Assembly: GCA_964423405.1 (NCBI GenBank)
Contig: CAYREY010000003.1
Coordinates: forward strand, 3,944-67,943
DNA length: 64,000 nt
Reading direction: 5' to 3'
Origin: an uncultured Chitinophaga sp.
GTDB lineage: Bacteria > Bacteroidota > Bacteroidia > Chitinophagales > LD1
Part shown: positions 33,189 to 44,206 of the stretch, one piece after another
Numbering within the stretch: position 1 is the stretch's first letter
Layout: every line of letters starts with the position of its first letter
The notes under the pieces: generated by a model
Database searches by the model: none
The model's input: the letters and a program-made list of their open reading frames with translations, nothing else
What the model was told of the DNA's origin: nothing
Made by a program: the position numbers and the translations under genes

Positions 33189-33677
33189 ATGGTTTACAAG
33201 TATCTTAATTCCGAGAAAATTGATTCCGACAATTGCTCGGACTGGGAGTCGCTTTTCCGGGTTTGTATGCAACAACCTCGAAAGGAATCTAGCGTTTTTA
33301 TTCCAGTCAACGGAGAATTGGTATTGAATCAAGTTACTCTCGACAAGGTGGAAACAAATACGGATTGGAATATAGTTAGGCCAAAACAACCGGCCACCAG
33401 CAACAAAATACCATTAGTCCATCTATCCGGTATGGCAAAGCCCATTGAAAACGGTGAGCAAATCTTCTTAGTAAAAGATAAACGATACTTAAAAGACAGT
33501 TCATGGCTGCATCAGTCCCCGGGCTATGTAGTAACTGCATTTGACATTTGGGTATTTGATAATTACAAGATAGCAATTGCGTATGCTAATACCAGGATGG
33601 TTGAATGCTCCATCTGGCAGCTTTCAAAGGCAAAGTTTGAACTACTACATGATTTTGGTTATCTGGAGTCTTGGTAA
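33189..33677 (+). CDS. hypothetical protein
   Basis: 162-aa ORF with no recognisable motif. An antisense ORF overlaps it, so the coding call is moderate. Confidence 0.4.
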   Translation: MVYKYLNSEKIDSDNCSDWESLFRVCMQQPRKESSVFIPVNGELVLNQVTLDKVETNTDWNIVRPKQPATSNKIPLVHLSGMAKPIENGEQIFLVKDKRYLKDSSWLHQSPGYVVTAFDIWVFDNYKIAIAYANTRMVECSIWQLSKAKFELLHDFGYLESW

Positions 33678-33958
33678 ACTTTCACCTACCATTCCGATTC
33701 ATCAGTTTGGTTTATTTGCACTTTGGAGGAAAGTGAGAAATATCGCTTAAAAACATCAAGACTCTCCTTTATGTCTTGACATTCTTTATGAGTTATAATT
33801 CATCATCTATAATTTCGAATGGCTTATAATTAGCTATTACGAAACATTTCTTTAAAGTCTGCATTAGAAGTGATTGTTATCCAGTTGCCGAGTTGTGAAC
33901 TCGCCGGCGACAAAAATCAAACAAAGAGGATATTTTAGTTTCACTTTATTTAAACAGC

Positions 33959-35050
33959 ATGAAATCAATAAATTTCACACGCAGCGAACTCCATGAATTG
34001 GTATGGCGGGTATCTCTTCCATCCATCTCGAAAAAGTATGACATTTCCTATCACGATTTAAGAAAGACTTGCATCACTATGGATGTTCCCTTACCTAAAG
34101 CTGGTTATTGGCAAAACATATGGTTGGGCAAAGAGGTAACTATTGAACCATTATCCAATTCGTCATCCGCTCAGCAAGAATGCACCTTAAATCTTTTTGA
34201 AGAAGGTGATGCTCGCACCGAGAAGGCTAAGACAGCAAACAAAATACTGAAGGAAAAGATAGAGGAAGATTCGAAGTTGACCCTTACGGTGCCAAATAAG
34301 CTTTCTAAGCCTGATGCATTGGTAGAGGCAGCAAAGAAGGATATGGATAATGGGAGAGCTTGGGACTTTGGGCATACTGCTGGCTTAATTGTATGCTCAA
34401 AGCACATCCTTGATGTTAGCGTTTCACCCGGCAATCTTGGCCGAGCCCTTAGGTTCATGGATGCATTTATTAAACTTATAAAGGCCCGTGGCAACAATAT
34501 CATTGTGGAGAACAGAAAAACTTACGCGGTAATTGAGGGAGAAAAGGTCCCAATTGTTTTAAAGGAGAAATCCAAGCGCTTTGTAATTAAAGAGGCCAGT
34601 GGCTATGAAAAATCTGAATACAAGCCGACCGGTATACTTTCTTTTAAGATGGTAATTTCATTTTATAAGGAAACAGAATGGAAAGACGGAAAACTACCTT
34701 TAGAAGACCAACTTTCTTTAATTCTGTCAACTATGGAAGTTAAGGCCAGGGACCATAAGCAAGAAATGTTGCGCTGGCACAAAAAAGCTGAAGAGGATGA
34801 GAATGAAAGACAGAAACTTCGGGAAGAAGAGCAACTGAAGGCAAAAGAACTGGCTGCTTTCAATGACTTGTTAACTGAAGCACAAGAATGGAGGCGTGTA
34901 GCTGTGCTTAGAGAATACATTGACAAAGTCGAGGCGAGAGCGATAGAAAAAAATGTAGGCACAGAATACTTGAAAACTTGGTTATCATGGGCGCGGAGAA
35001 TGGCAGATAAGTACGACCCATTGAAAGATATTTATAAATCTCCTATTTAA
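33959..35050 (+). CDS. hypothetical protein with a charged coiled-coil C-terminal half
   Basis: 363-aa ORF. N-terminal SELHELVWRVSLPSISKKYDISYHDLRKTCITMDVPLPKAGYW resembles a recurrent uncharacterised N-terminal module. C-terminal EEDENERQKLREEEQLKAKE. Confidence 0.6.
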   Translation: MKSINFTRSELHELVWRVSLPSISKKYDISYHDLRKTCITMDVPLPKAGYWQNIWLGKEVTIEPLSNSSSAQQECTLNLFEEGDARTEKAKTANKILKEKIEEDSKLTLTVPNKLSKPDALVEAAKKDMDNGRAWDFGHTAGLIVCSKHILDVSVSPGNLGRALRFMDAFIKLIKARGNNIIVENRKTYAVIEGEKVPIVLKEKSKRFVIKEASGYEKSEYKPTGILSFKMVISFYKETEWKDGKLPLEDQLSLILSTMEVKARDHKQEMLRWHKKAEEDENERQKLREEEQLKAKELAAFNDLLTEAQEWRRVAVLREYIDKVEARAIEKNVGTEYLKTWLSWARRMADKYDPLKDIYKSPI

Positions 35051-35389
35051 CCAACTCCATCTAACATGGTGTTTGGTCTATTAGTTCGCTATGGACCATA
35101 AAAAATGGCAAACAAAAAGAGTATACATCGCTTTTGTTTGCCATTCCCTATGCAGCTATATTTTCGCTACTATCAATGTGAATGGGTTCGACCTTTGCCT
35201 GCTGAAACAAACCCATTGTATTCGGTCCTAACCCAAGCCAAAAGTTTAAAAAGCCCACCAACGGCAATAAGAGATGTTACAGTTCCTACTCCTAATAGCA
35301 AAAACATTCCTGCTGGATGGGCCCAAACAGAGGCCAGGACTCCCTTTTGGGATATTTCGTTTACATCCTTGCCATTATCGTTGTATGAT

Positions 35390-35737
35390 TCAAACTTTTT
35401 CATTGTCGGTTTGCGAGATTGTGGATTGAACATTGGTTGCATTTTTTGTTGTTTGATTATTTAATAAAATTTCTTCTGTGATTTTTAGTTGCCCCTGATC
35501 TGCTAAATCTGCAAGCGATCCATTTATGCCGTCTAACTTCTTCATTATCCCCGCCTGCTGAATGAAATGAAGACCAGTGAATACAAGCAGGGTCAACACC
35601 AAGCCCAGTATCGTATATAGTTCTACTTTAGAAAATTGCTTCTTGGTAGGTACAGCTGCGGGGGGTGGGGAAGTTGCTAGTGGAGGGCTGAAGTGCTTTG
35701 CGAAGTCATTTGCTTGATACGGGAGATGTGGTTTCAT
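35390..35737 (-). CDS. small single-pass membrane protein (hypothetical)
   Basis: 115-aa ORF with one hydrophobic helix (VELYTILGLVLTLLVFTGLHFI). Overlaps the end of the Zn-ribbon gene. A second small TM ORF (35173..35442) follows. Confidence 0.35.
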   Translation of the reverse strand: MKPHLPYQANDFAKHFSPPLATSPPPAAVPTKKQFSKVELYTILGLVLTLLVFTGLHFIQQAGIMKKLDGINGSLADLADQGQLKITEEILLNNQTTKNATNVQSTISQTDNEKV

Positions 35738-36095
35738 GTTTGAAAATTTTGAAGTTTAAAAAAGTAGAATTCGTAATCATGTAGAAAACACCGAAGTCTA
35801 ACATAAGATAGGCATGATGTTCTGGTGGTGGTTTTAAATATCTGACAAGGGAAATATCTATTTGGTGCAACTCCAATGCTTCCCTTGAAAGTTCAATGGT
35901 TCCCTCATTAAAAAGGCTTTCAAGCTTTTCGTGGTTAGCAACCAGGATCGGAATAAAGCGAGCAATTGGATCTCTTTTGGCTTTTTGACGTTCAGCCTTC
36001 GCTGCAATTGCGCATTCCTGGCTGCAATAATTAGAATTGCCGTGTCCAGGGGTAAACTGTTTAGAACACCATAGGCATTTTTTTTCTGCTGACAT
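35706..36095 (-). CDS. Zn-ribbon protein (hypothetical)
   Basis: N-terminal CLWCSKQF...NYCSQEC (CxxC...CxxxC), 129 aa. Confidence 0.5.
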   Translation of the reverse strand: MSAEKKCLWCSKQFTPGHGNSNYCSQECAIAAKAERQKAKRDPIARFIPILVANHEKLESLFNEGTIELSREALELHQIDISLVRYLKPPPEHHAYLMLDFGVFYMITNSTFLNFKIFKHETTSPVSSK

Positions 36096-36187
36096 TTTTA
36101 TTCGTTTTATTTTCGAAATAATTCATTTAGGCCGTCGTTAAGAGCCAAGGCCCTCTGACTTTTGAATCATTTAGTTTTTCCATTTTG

Positions 36188-36514
36188 CTATTTTGATTTT
36201 TGATTCTTGATAGTAGAATTTCGTTTCAGGTATGCCTGAAGACTGGTTTCGAGGTATAGAAATTCCCTCCCAGGTTTAGAAAACTCAATTTCCAGATTGT
36301 CCCTCAGCGATTTCCATTTCTTCTTTGATGAAAAAGGTAGAATTGCTTTCGCCTGCTCCAGCCTTAGCCACCTGTCACAACTGTTTCCCTTAATAGAGTT
36401 TTTCTCAAGGTGATCCAGTAACCGGCAATAAACTTTCTCCGCTACCTGCTCAGCTAAATCTGCCGAAGCGTTGGAGTCAGGTATTATCATTACGATATTT
36501 TGAGTTTGTGTCAT
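36188..36514 (-). CDS. excisionase/MerR-like HTH DNA-binding protein, as found on Bacteroidota mobile elements
   Basis: RWLRLEQAKAILPFSSKKKWKSLRDNLEIEFSKPGREFLYLETSLQAYLKRN matches the HTH_17-like pattern (W-l-t-x-eaa ... g-x-i-x-x-x-k-x-g ... l-x-x-y-l). Confidence 0.5.
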   Translation of the reverse strand: MTQTQNIVMIIPDSNASADLAEQVAEKVYCRLLDHLEKNSIKGNSCDRWLRLEQAKAILPFSSKKKWKSLRDNLEIEFSKPGREFLYLETSLQAYLKRNSTIKNQKSK

Positions 36515-36604
36515 ACCACAAACATATCATGCATGTTAATAGTCTCTCTACTATGTGCAGTGAATTTGGGTTGTAAACGAGCATTACAACCCATTACAAC
36601 CTAT

Positions 36605-37774
36605 TTAAGAGCCTTCGGCTATCTTGGTACGCATATCGGCTGCAATTTTCTCTAGGCCCTGACAGACTTTTAAAGCCTCTGCCTTTCTAAAATCACTTCC
36701 CGGTGTATGAAACTGTTTGGCGTAATCAATTTCCCATCCCGTAGGTATGTCATTATATACAGTATTGATACTGATTCCAGTTAAACTACTAATCACTGCG
36801 GCTACTTGTTGCCTCGAAAAATCACCTTGGAAGAAATCACCTTCCACCAACATTTGAAAAAGAAGAATAATATCTGCGGTTTTATATTTCTGGCTTCCTT
36901 TAATACGGTCATTTTTTAACCCAAAAGCATCGATGAAAATCTGTAACTTTTGCTTGTGATCTACCGGTAATATATTCTTCACTTTTGATTTCGTAGAGAA
37001 TGTTTCGCTATTTACGTTCAAGTGGGCAGCGACTTTCCTTTTGAGAAGGTCAATGATTGCATTTCTGAAATTCTCTGAGGTCCTACGGCTAAACAGATAA
37101 GTGAATTTGTTATCTTTCTGGTTTGCCATATGCTCCAGCATAAATTTTTCATTATGCGACATTATCACAGAATTAGTATCGAAGTTGACAAGATCCGGAA
37201 TTTGGAAATTCGTTTGTTTCTCGAGTTTTTCGATAATGTGCTTTAGCAGAGATAAAGCCGCCTGGGCCTTATCATCCGTAGGAATGATACTTCCTTTGGA
37301 ATAGGCATATAGATAGTGAAGAAATTTATCCAGGCTTCGATTAACAGCTTTGAACATATTCCATAAAACCAACTGATGGTGAGAGCTAAAATTCTCCTCT
37401 TTTGTTTTATCACGAATTGTTTCTTCCACAACTATTTCCTGAGAAAGGCTGCCGAAAAGAAAAAAAACGGTGTTTTCATGTTTGACAGCGGTTTCGGTTG
37501 ATAGAAAATCCGGTGAAGGAAGAATATAGTTTATCAACTGAGCTGGCTCCTTTACTTTAGTAACCGCAGCCGCATCTCTATCCTCGAATGTATGCCGGTG
37601 ACCCCATTCCCCCGTAAAGCATATCCACTCAGCCAATTCCTTTAGCAGGAAGTCCTCCGCATTCAATTGAATAGGTGGGGATGAATTGGCAACCACTTTC
37701 TCCGTCCTGTTGTTTACAATAACTCCTTTTGTACTTTTACTGATTTCTGTAGTTGGTGTTTTTTCATTTTTCAT
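36605..37774 (-). CDS. hypothetical protein
   Basis: 389-aa ORF with no motif I recognise. A possible C-terminal HTH (VAAVISSLTGISINTVYNDI). Confidence 0.55.
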   Translation of the reverse strand: MKNEKTPTTEISKSTKGVIVNNRTEKVVANSSPPIQLNAEDFLLKELAEWICFTGEWGHRHTFEDRDAAAVTKVKEPAQLINYILPSPDFLSTETAVKHENTVFFLFGSLSQEIVVEETIRDKTKEENFSSHHQLVLWNMFKAVNRSLDKFLHYLYAYSKGSIIPTDDKAQAALSLLKHIIEKLEKQTNFQIPDLVNFDTNSVIMSHNEKFMLEHMANQKDNKFTYLFSRRTSENFRNAIIDLLKRKVAAHLNVNSETFSTKSKVKNILPVDHKQKLQIFIDAFGLKNDRIKGSQKYKTADIILLFQMLVEGDFFQGDFSRQQVAAVISSLTGISINTVYNDIPTGWEIDYAKQFHTPGSDFRKAEALKVCQGLEKIAADMRTKIAEGS

Positions 37775-38444
37775 ACTAAGATTTTGGTCATACTCTTACC
37801 ATAATTCATGCCCCGCTACCCGTGCTTTGAAAGTTGCATTATATAGGCTACAAGTAGGGCATATAAGACAACTTGCAAAATCCCAACCTCGTATTACACT
37901 GCCAACTTCGCTGGGGAAAACGGCACTTAACCGCCATTTCTGCAAATATGATTCATACTATAGGAACGCATCATCAGAGGAGCATCCGGGATGAATCAAA
38001 CCTCCATACAAAATATTTCAGGGATCAATATGACATTGTGGCAGAAAATTGCTGGCCTGTACTAAAACTTGTACCTCTCAGCTATTGAGTTTCAAAAGGA
38101 ATTATGAGAAACCCACTCAAATCCATGGCCAGGCTTGAGTTACAGAGACCAGAGAGTAACAAATTAAGGCCAGGTGTCGCAGGAGGATATATCCTGCGTG
38201 TTCTTCACTAAAGAATATCGTCATTATCATCTATCTATTGAAAATTACTCCGCTTTAGGTAACGGAGTATTCATTGGCAACGCAGTGCTTTCTCAAATCG
38301 CTATACGAGATCTCATATCATTTTGAAATGGATGGAAGCGATCCACGCTATACCAATTCGTAAGGTTCCTCCTTGGAAATTTTTCTATTTCATCCATGCC
38401 GGTTAATTGTTATAGATTCTATAATGATTAGATACCGGAATTAA

Positions 38445-41400
38445 TTACTTAGGATATAGCCGGTTAAGAAAAACAAATGGATCTTCCTTATAGTGACCAA
38501 CCATCTTTTTAATTAAGCGAAATCCCTCACCATATTCATCCCTCCGGGTGGCTGGCGCTATCAGTTCTTCCCAATTTACTTCGGGACGAATTTTCCTTCT
38601 TACGTTAATTTCAACCCAAGTTGCGTGCCCTTCAATTAAAAATAGTTCATAATCCTTTCTCATTCGATCCATATCCAGATTCTTATACTGCCAGATATGG
38701 ACTAACTCATGTGTAAGCACAGCTATGGTATCCTTTTTAGGTGCGCCGTTCTCTACAGCCACAAGATTGTCGGACTGGGCAAAACCTGCTACCCTCGGGT
38801 CGAACCTAGGCGTTGGAACAAATCCTTTTCTGTGCTTATTTATCATATGCGCATTCGCATATTTAATTTCAACATTCTCTGGTAATGAAATCGAATACTC
38901 CTTCGTAAGGAAATCTCTGGAAAAAGAAATACACTCGACGAGTTCCTCACAGGTTGTTACACAGGTAACAATACAATTGCTACAAATTTCACGTCCGTCG
39001 TTTTGAATGGCTTTAATCGTTGAGACATCTTCCCACTGACCACAAAAATCGCATTGGTGCTTATTACCGGTTTCGCTCACTTCAACTTCACCAAATAAAA
39101 ATTGTTGACGTTTCTCAGTGATAGCGTTACTCCTGCCAGCCCTCATCGTTTTAAGCAATTTTTGAGCACCTTTTAGGTATAGCCATTCCGGAGTTTCGGT
39201 TCTTCCAAAATTCAGATAAAATAAAGGCAGATCCAGATATACAGCAGAACTTACCGGATCAAATTGAACTCCCTCCATTTCTACAGTATCAAGGGGCGCT
39301 ACGCAGTTCTGAAAACCGCCACTTACAACCGGTGCGTCACCATCTGCCCTGGAAGATTTTACGGTTTCGTAATTGCAGAAGTTGAGATAATCTTCTAGTA
39401 CCCCGGTCACGTACTCCATATTCCGGTAAATACTTCCGGCGATTCCCATATCGAAAGCACAATCTTCAAAAATGATAACCTGCAAGGAACTTTCCTTTTT
39501 ATGGGGATGCCCTTCTGGCGTTATGAGAAAAGGTTGTACAAAGCCCTTATCATCCGTTCCAGGGCAAACTATTTTCTCTGCATGCATGGCCGTGGCATGT
39601 ACATAAGGCCATACCGAAGGAAAAAATGTTCTCAAACTCTCATGCAGTAAAGCAGCCAACGTTTGCTCATGCTGCATAAAGTCTGGCAAATTAGTGTGCG
39701 CTTCAAATTTAGCGATAGGTAATTCCAACAACACATACCGACCGAAAGCATATTTACGGCTTACCTGGGAATCTTGCGTCGAATCTGCGGGATAAAAATT
39801 CTGCCGATTGAATAAATTAAATTCTTCTGTTATTCTGAAATATCCATGCGTATTAATCTCAAATTCCCCTTCCCACAAACTTACCTCATAGGTATTGTTG
39901 ACCAACCTTGTTTCTATCATTTGGGTAAGTGCAGGTTTCTCGCCACAAAACTTTATAGTTGTGGCACTACGATAAGCGGCAACTTTCCCTTGCGTGTTAT
40001 CCAATTGAACCCATAGTACGGGACGTGTTTTGTCAGAATCATCATAACCTCTTACCCCATAAGTTTTTCCTTTAAACACATGAATTTGTCCTACTACATA
40101 TTTTTGAAACAAAAGCCCCTTGGGAATAATATCTAAAACCACCGAGCCTGTAGGCGTATTTTCCTGAACATATACCTCGCTCTCAAAATCAAAAGTAAAA
40201 TTACGTAGGTCTCCTTTATTAAAATAGGTATTTGTTACAAAAGAATAACTTCTTCCCTTCTCCAGAGGTTCAAAAGTCTCCTCCTGTTTAACTTTGACCA
40301 AGCCCTTAACTTGTGAGTCTGGAAGCTGTAAATACTTTACCCATAAATTTTCCAAATTTTCGATAGTTGTTTTTTTCACATCCACCGCAAACCTTACTTC
40401 CTTCAATTTCAACTTCGACTCCACATCTTTCTCCGAAACATCATTGATACGCAAAATCTTAAACAAAGAATAGGCAATTGTATAGGGCGTCCTCTGCAAA
40501 ACAACACCTAAAGACCGAACCGGTGAGTCTTTAAAAAATTGAATGTTCGCGGAAAAATACTCCCGAAACAAATATGGTGCTGCCAACACGTGGACCATTT
40601 CTGCCTTCCGGTAAAACGTCAAGGCTTCGGATAAGGTCTCCCCCGCATTAAAAGCATAATCATAAACCACAGCAAATCCTTCCGGCTGATGGGTATAAAA
40701 ATTATGATTGTAAATTTCGCCTACCAGTTTTCGCAAAAGAATATCCGGATAATTCCAGTTTACAGGGTCCGGTAGCTTGTTAGGGTCTATTTTATTTATA
40801 ACTTTCTGCGTTTCTTCTATAAATTCCTTTACCGCCCATTTATCGGGATTATAAATAGAAATGTTTTTCGTCATTAAGTTAATAGCCGGAAGTGTAAGCA
40901 TAAGCGAATCGCCTAGGTCGGTGTTACTATGATGACCCCTTAAAAAATAACTGGCAAAAGCCCGGCCCTCATCTCTCCAAATAAAATAATACTGCTGGTG
41001 CGCGGTAATGGCATGTGTTTCTTTTTCCTCAATACCCGGATGCATTTCAAATGCCGAACGTACTGAAGATTCAAGTTGTTCCTGGGGCCCCGAAACTACA
41101 GCCAATTGACAATTAATTTTCAGTCGACGGAGAATATTGGATAAAATAAGATTATTGAAATTTCCCGCCTTAATTTGATCTTCATAACTCATGACAAGTA
41201 TAAATCCGGTATTGTCAAACCAATCTTTGCTCAATTCGAGAGTATTTCTACCCTCCAATAAATCGTACGAAGACGTAACAAGAATATTCCCAATTATATT
41301 TTCAGGCCGCAGTGCAGAAAATGTCTGAACAGTAAAATAGTGAACATCAAGTAATTGATCAAGAGTTTTCCTTACCCAATCCACACAGTTGCTATAATAG

Positions 41401-42440
41401 CTGCTTAGCTCTGGCTTACCTTCCCTATCCACTTCCGGAAGATTCCGTTCTGGCAATAAAACCAAAACATGCTCTCCATTATTTAATACCTCCGTTACCC
41501 TGTCCCAGATAGTAAGTATAGAAACCTCTGCGTCTAATCCCGATGGTATCACATCCTTTCCTTTAGGAGGGGCACTCAGCATTTCCCGCAGGTCAATCAT
41601 GTCGCGCGTAACGTACGGAAGCTTTAACAGGCGCAAATACCCTTTACCACTCATATCCGGGAAAGAGAGGTTTTTTATTTTTTCCGTATCTAATATGCTG
41701 GTAATGTCTACAGACTTACGGGCAGTAATAAGTCGCTTTTCAGTAAATGGAGAATTTATAAAATAGCGCCAAAGGCGCTCAAACTGATTCAAGTCAAAGT
41801 CAAGGTCTTCCGCCCATTCTATCGGCTTTTCCTTTTCTTCCTCTTTTTCCAACTCCAGGAATTGGAAAAACAAAACTGTTTCCTTTAATACCAACAACGT
41901 CAGCAAAACAATGCCAACAACAAGGTCAAGTGCTAATTTCTGATACAAATACGGAAGAAGTGCTATCAATATTATAATGCCAACTACATTGATAAAAGAA
42001 ATCCACTCCTTAAGCCAGGTAAATCGTTTTAAAAGAAACCCCGGTTTTCCTAAACAATAAAAGGTCTCCTCAATTGGAAGAATATTATCTCCCTTTACTA
42101 AATCAAGCAATGCTCTGACTCCCCACTTTAGCAGATTATACGACAGGAGAAACAAAAGCACCAATAGAAAAAAAACAAAGCTCTTAATAACATTCAGAAA
42201 TGGAGCTATGCCAAGAATAGAGGCAGCGAGGTTATTGACCCAGTCGAGTATTGGCATTCCGTAATAAATAAATAATGGAATGGCTGTCATGCAAAACAAG
42301 AAGGAGAAGAACACAAAACCCAGGTTCCAAAAACTTCGGGGGGCAGTTTTGTAATTGGGTTTTTCTACCAACCAGTTCATTAATATGAAAAGAAGCGGAT
42401 ACGCAATGTATGAAAAGATAAAATTGAGGGTATCAGACAT
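38445..42440 (-). CDS. large polytopic membrane protein with a Zn-ribbon and C-terminal HExxH metallopeptidase-like domain
   Basis: About 6 hydrophobic helices in the first ~200 aa, then a long soluble region. CDFCGQW...CSNC forms a Zn-ribbon. LTHELVHIWQ...FLIEGHATWVE gives HExxH plus a downstream Glu. Last gene of the four-gene operon. Confidence 0.65.
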   Translation of the reverse strand: MSDTLNFIFSYIAYPLLFILMNWLVEKPNYKTAPRSFWNLGFVFFSFLFCMTAIPLFIYYGMPILDWVNNLAASILGIAPFLNVIKSFVFFLLVLLFLLSYNLLKWGVRALLDLVKGDNILPIEETFYCLGKPGFLLKRFTWLKEWISFINVVGIIILIALLPYLYQKLALDLVVGIVLLTLLVLKETVLFFQFLELEKEEEKEKPIEWAEDLDFDLNQFERLWRYFINSPFTEKRLITARKSVDITSILDTEKIKNLSFPDMSGKGYLRLLKLPYVTRDMIDLREMLSAPPKGKDVIPSGLDAEVSILTIWDRVTEVLNNGEHVLVLLPERNLPEVDREGKPELSSYYSNCVDWVRKTLDQLLDVHYFTVQTFSALRPENIIGNILVTSSYDLLEGRNTLELSKDWFDNTGFILVMSYEDQIKAGNFNNLILSNILRRLKINCQLAVVSGPQEQLESSVRSAFEMHPGIEEKETHAITAHQQYYFIWRDEGRAFASYFLRGHHSNTDLGDSLMLTLPAINLMTKNISIYNPDKWAVKEFIEETQKVINKIDPNKLPDPVNWNYPDILLRKLVGEIYNHNFYTHQPEGFAVVYDYAFNAGETLSEALTFYRKAEMVHVLAAPYLFREYFSANIQFFKDSPVRSLGVVLQRTPYTIAYSLFKILRINDVSEKDVESKLKLKEVRFAVDVKKTTIENLENLWVKYLQLPDSQVKGLVKVKQEETFEPLEKGRSYSFVTNTYFNKGDLRNFTFDFESEVYVQENTPTGSVVLDIIPKGLLFQKYVVGQIHVFKGKTYGVRGYDDSDKTRPVLWVQLDNTQGKVAAYRSATTIKFCGEKPALTQMIETRLVNNTYEVSLWEGEFEINTHGYFRITEEFNLFNRQNFYPADSTQDSQVSRKYAFGRYVLLELPIAKFEAHTNLPDFMQHEQTLAALLHESLRTFFPSVWPYVHATAMHAEKIVCPGTDDKGFVQPFLITPEGHPHKKESSLQVIIFEDCAFDMGIAGSIYRNMEYVTGVLEDYLNFCNYETVKSSRADGDAPVVSGGFQNCVAPLDTVEMEGVQFDPVSSAVYLDLPLFYLNFGRTETPEWLYLKGAQKLLKTMRAGRSNAITEKRQQFLFGEVEVSETGNKHQCDFCGQWEDVSTIKAIQNDGREICSNCIVTCVTTCEELVECISFSRDFLTKEYSISLPENVEIKYANAHMINKHRKGFVPTPRFDPRVAGFAQSDNLVAVENGAPKKDTIAVLTHELVHIWQYKNLDMDRMRKDYELFLIEGHATWVEINVRRKIRPEVNWEELIAPATRRDEYGEGFRLIKKMVGHYKEDPFVFLNRLYPK

Positions 42441-42455
42441 ATTATATCTTCTGTC

Positions 42456-44192
42456 TTATTTCTTTTTATAAATTAAATCCTCCACCGAAGTAACCGAATT
42501 TGCCATCCATTCATTTTGTTCATCGCTTAGTTGATACAATTGAAAATTCACCGGATTTGCTTCCATCAGTTCAGTCCGCACGTCCGCCAGGTAATTTTTC
42601 TGTAGGCTTTGATGTGCCTTATTTTGCTCCAGGTGCATCTTCCATTCCACAAGATTTAGATGATTGTTCTCGAGGAATTTAACCGCAGACCGGTTATACT
42701 CTTTTTGGAACTCAAGGCGATCGAAATTTCTTTTTAATTTCTCAATCTCATCTTCAAGAATTACAATATTCTTATTTAGAAGACGTATCTCGTACAAGCA
42801 TTTTACATAAGTGAATTGATGCTGATAATAGTCTTCTACCCTTCTAAAAAAACCAAGGGCGGCAGAAAATATGGCCGATTTAATTAGGTCCGCAGCCTTC
42901 CTTGTTTTCCGGATATAAAACCATAAGCAAAAAAGATAGGATAAGGCGAACAGGGTTGGCCCGAGCCAACCTAACTTCAGCCAAACAACAAATTTTTCAT
43001 AATTTTCTGTGGCCCCCAGCAAAAGGAAAGGAATAAGTATTAATACTAAAAAAGTGAAGGACCAGCTTTTCTCAGGTAATGCGTCAACAACCTTGTCATA
43101 TTTTTCCCTAAGTTCAAGAACAGATTGCATAAAAACATTCCACGTATCAAGTGGATTTTCGAGTCCAACTTGTAACTCTTTTTTCTGCTTTACTTCATTA
43201 CGGATAGATTCCAGTTTCACCTGAATTTCTTTTTCAGATTGGTAGGAAAATGTCAACTCCGGCTTAGGAATTATCCCCCGCAGAAATTCCACTCGCCTGA
43301 TAAAGTCCTCTCTTCGTGTTTCTGACGTTTTTTTGACACCAGCCACAATTCGGTCAACATATGACTGAGTTACTTCCCGGGTGGAATCATTATACCAACA
43401 GGGGATCTCCCATAATACCCCGGTATTCAAATTGTCAAAACGGGGAAAGTCGATCTTAATTTCAGAATTGTAAAGAATAACGTTTCCCTGAACAGGCATG
43501 TTTATCTCCAGTGCCTTTTCGACTACATGCGCATTCCATCTCAACTCCTCAAGTAACTTTTTTTTACCTTCCGTATCATTTTGCAACACACGAAAAAGAA
43601 TAGTATCATTTGTGCCCAGTATTTCCTTAGAACCTGACCTGGGATGGAGATTGTAGATGGTTAGCAGAGAACTGTCCCAAAGAAGTTGGTCCTTTTCCGG
43701 TTTATCATCATATGTTTTATACCTAAAGAAACGGTCTGTAGAAGGGGATAGTAAACGAGGGCCTTGACTTAAATCCTCGTCAATGTTTTTTTTATGGCCG
43801 GCACTTAAAAGGGAGTAGAGTTCATCCTTGCAGTCATAGCGATTATCTATCGCCACAATTGTTTTCTTCCAATTTCTAACTATCCCTTCCCCGGCGAAAT
43901 CCTTTAGCGAACCCAAAAGTGCGTTTGCCCGTTTTACCAGGTTGTCACTGCAATCAAGATGATTCTCATAGCATAAAAAAAAGACAATTTGTACATCCGT
44001 AGACTTATAGATCAAGCGATGCATCCACCAGCGCCTTACATCCATACTAATTGCCTCTGCCCGCTCCGAAAAACTACCGTGTATTGCAGAAGATACCAGC
44101 AACTCTCCCTGTGACACTTGCTTATTAAGTAAGAAAGAACTTTCTATACCTTTAAGTTCAGAGATCGTATTTAGAAGCAGTGTAATCATCAT
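42456..44192 (-). CDS. membrane protein with a coiled-coil C-terminus (hypothetical)
   Basis: 578 aa. Two or three central TM helices (WSFTFLVLILIPFLLLGA; LGWLGPTLFALSYLFCLWFYI) and C-terminal heptad-like EDEIEKLKRNFDRLEFQKE. Confidence 0.6.
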   Translation of the reverse strand: MMITLLLNTISELKGIESSFLLNKQVSQGELLVSSAIHGSFSERAEAISMDVRRWWMHRLIYKSTDVQIVFFLCYENHLDCSDNLVKRANALLGSLKDFAGEGIVRNWKKTIVAIDNRYDCKDELYSLLSAGHKKNIDEDLSQGPRLLSPSTDRFFRYKTYDDKPEKDQLLWDSSLLTIYNLHPRSGSKEILGTNDTILFRVLQNDTEGKKKLLEELRWNAHVVEKALEINMPVQGNVILYNSEIKIDFPRFDNLNTGVLWEIPCWYNDSTREVTQSYVDRIVAGVKKTSETRREDFIRRVEFLRGIIPKPELTFSYQSEKEIQVKLESIRNEVKQKKELQVGLENPLDTWNVFMQSVLELREKYDKVVDALPEKSWSFTFLVLILIPFLLLGATENYEKFVVWLKLGWLGPTLFALSYLFCLWFYIRKTRKAADLIKSAIFSAALGFFRRVEDYYQHQFTYVKCLYEIRLLNKNIVILEDEIEKLKRNFDRLEFQKEYNRSAVKFLENNHLNLVEWKMHLEQNKAHQSLQKNYLADVRTELMEANPVNFQLYQLSDEQNEWMANSVTSVEDLIYKKK

Positions 44193-44206
44193 TCAACCGG
44201 TTCCGG

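Noticed and set aside
35105-35464. 119-aa plus-strand ORF
   Set aside because: It overlaps two minus-strand small TM ORFs that continue the minus-strand operon from the Zn-ribbon gene. The coding strand here is uncertain, and I call none of these with confidence.
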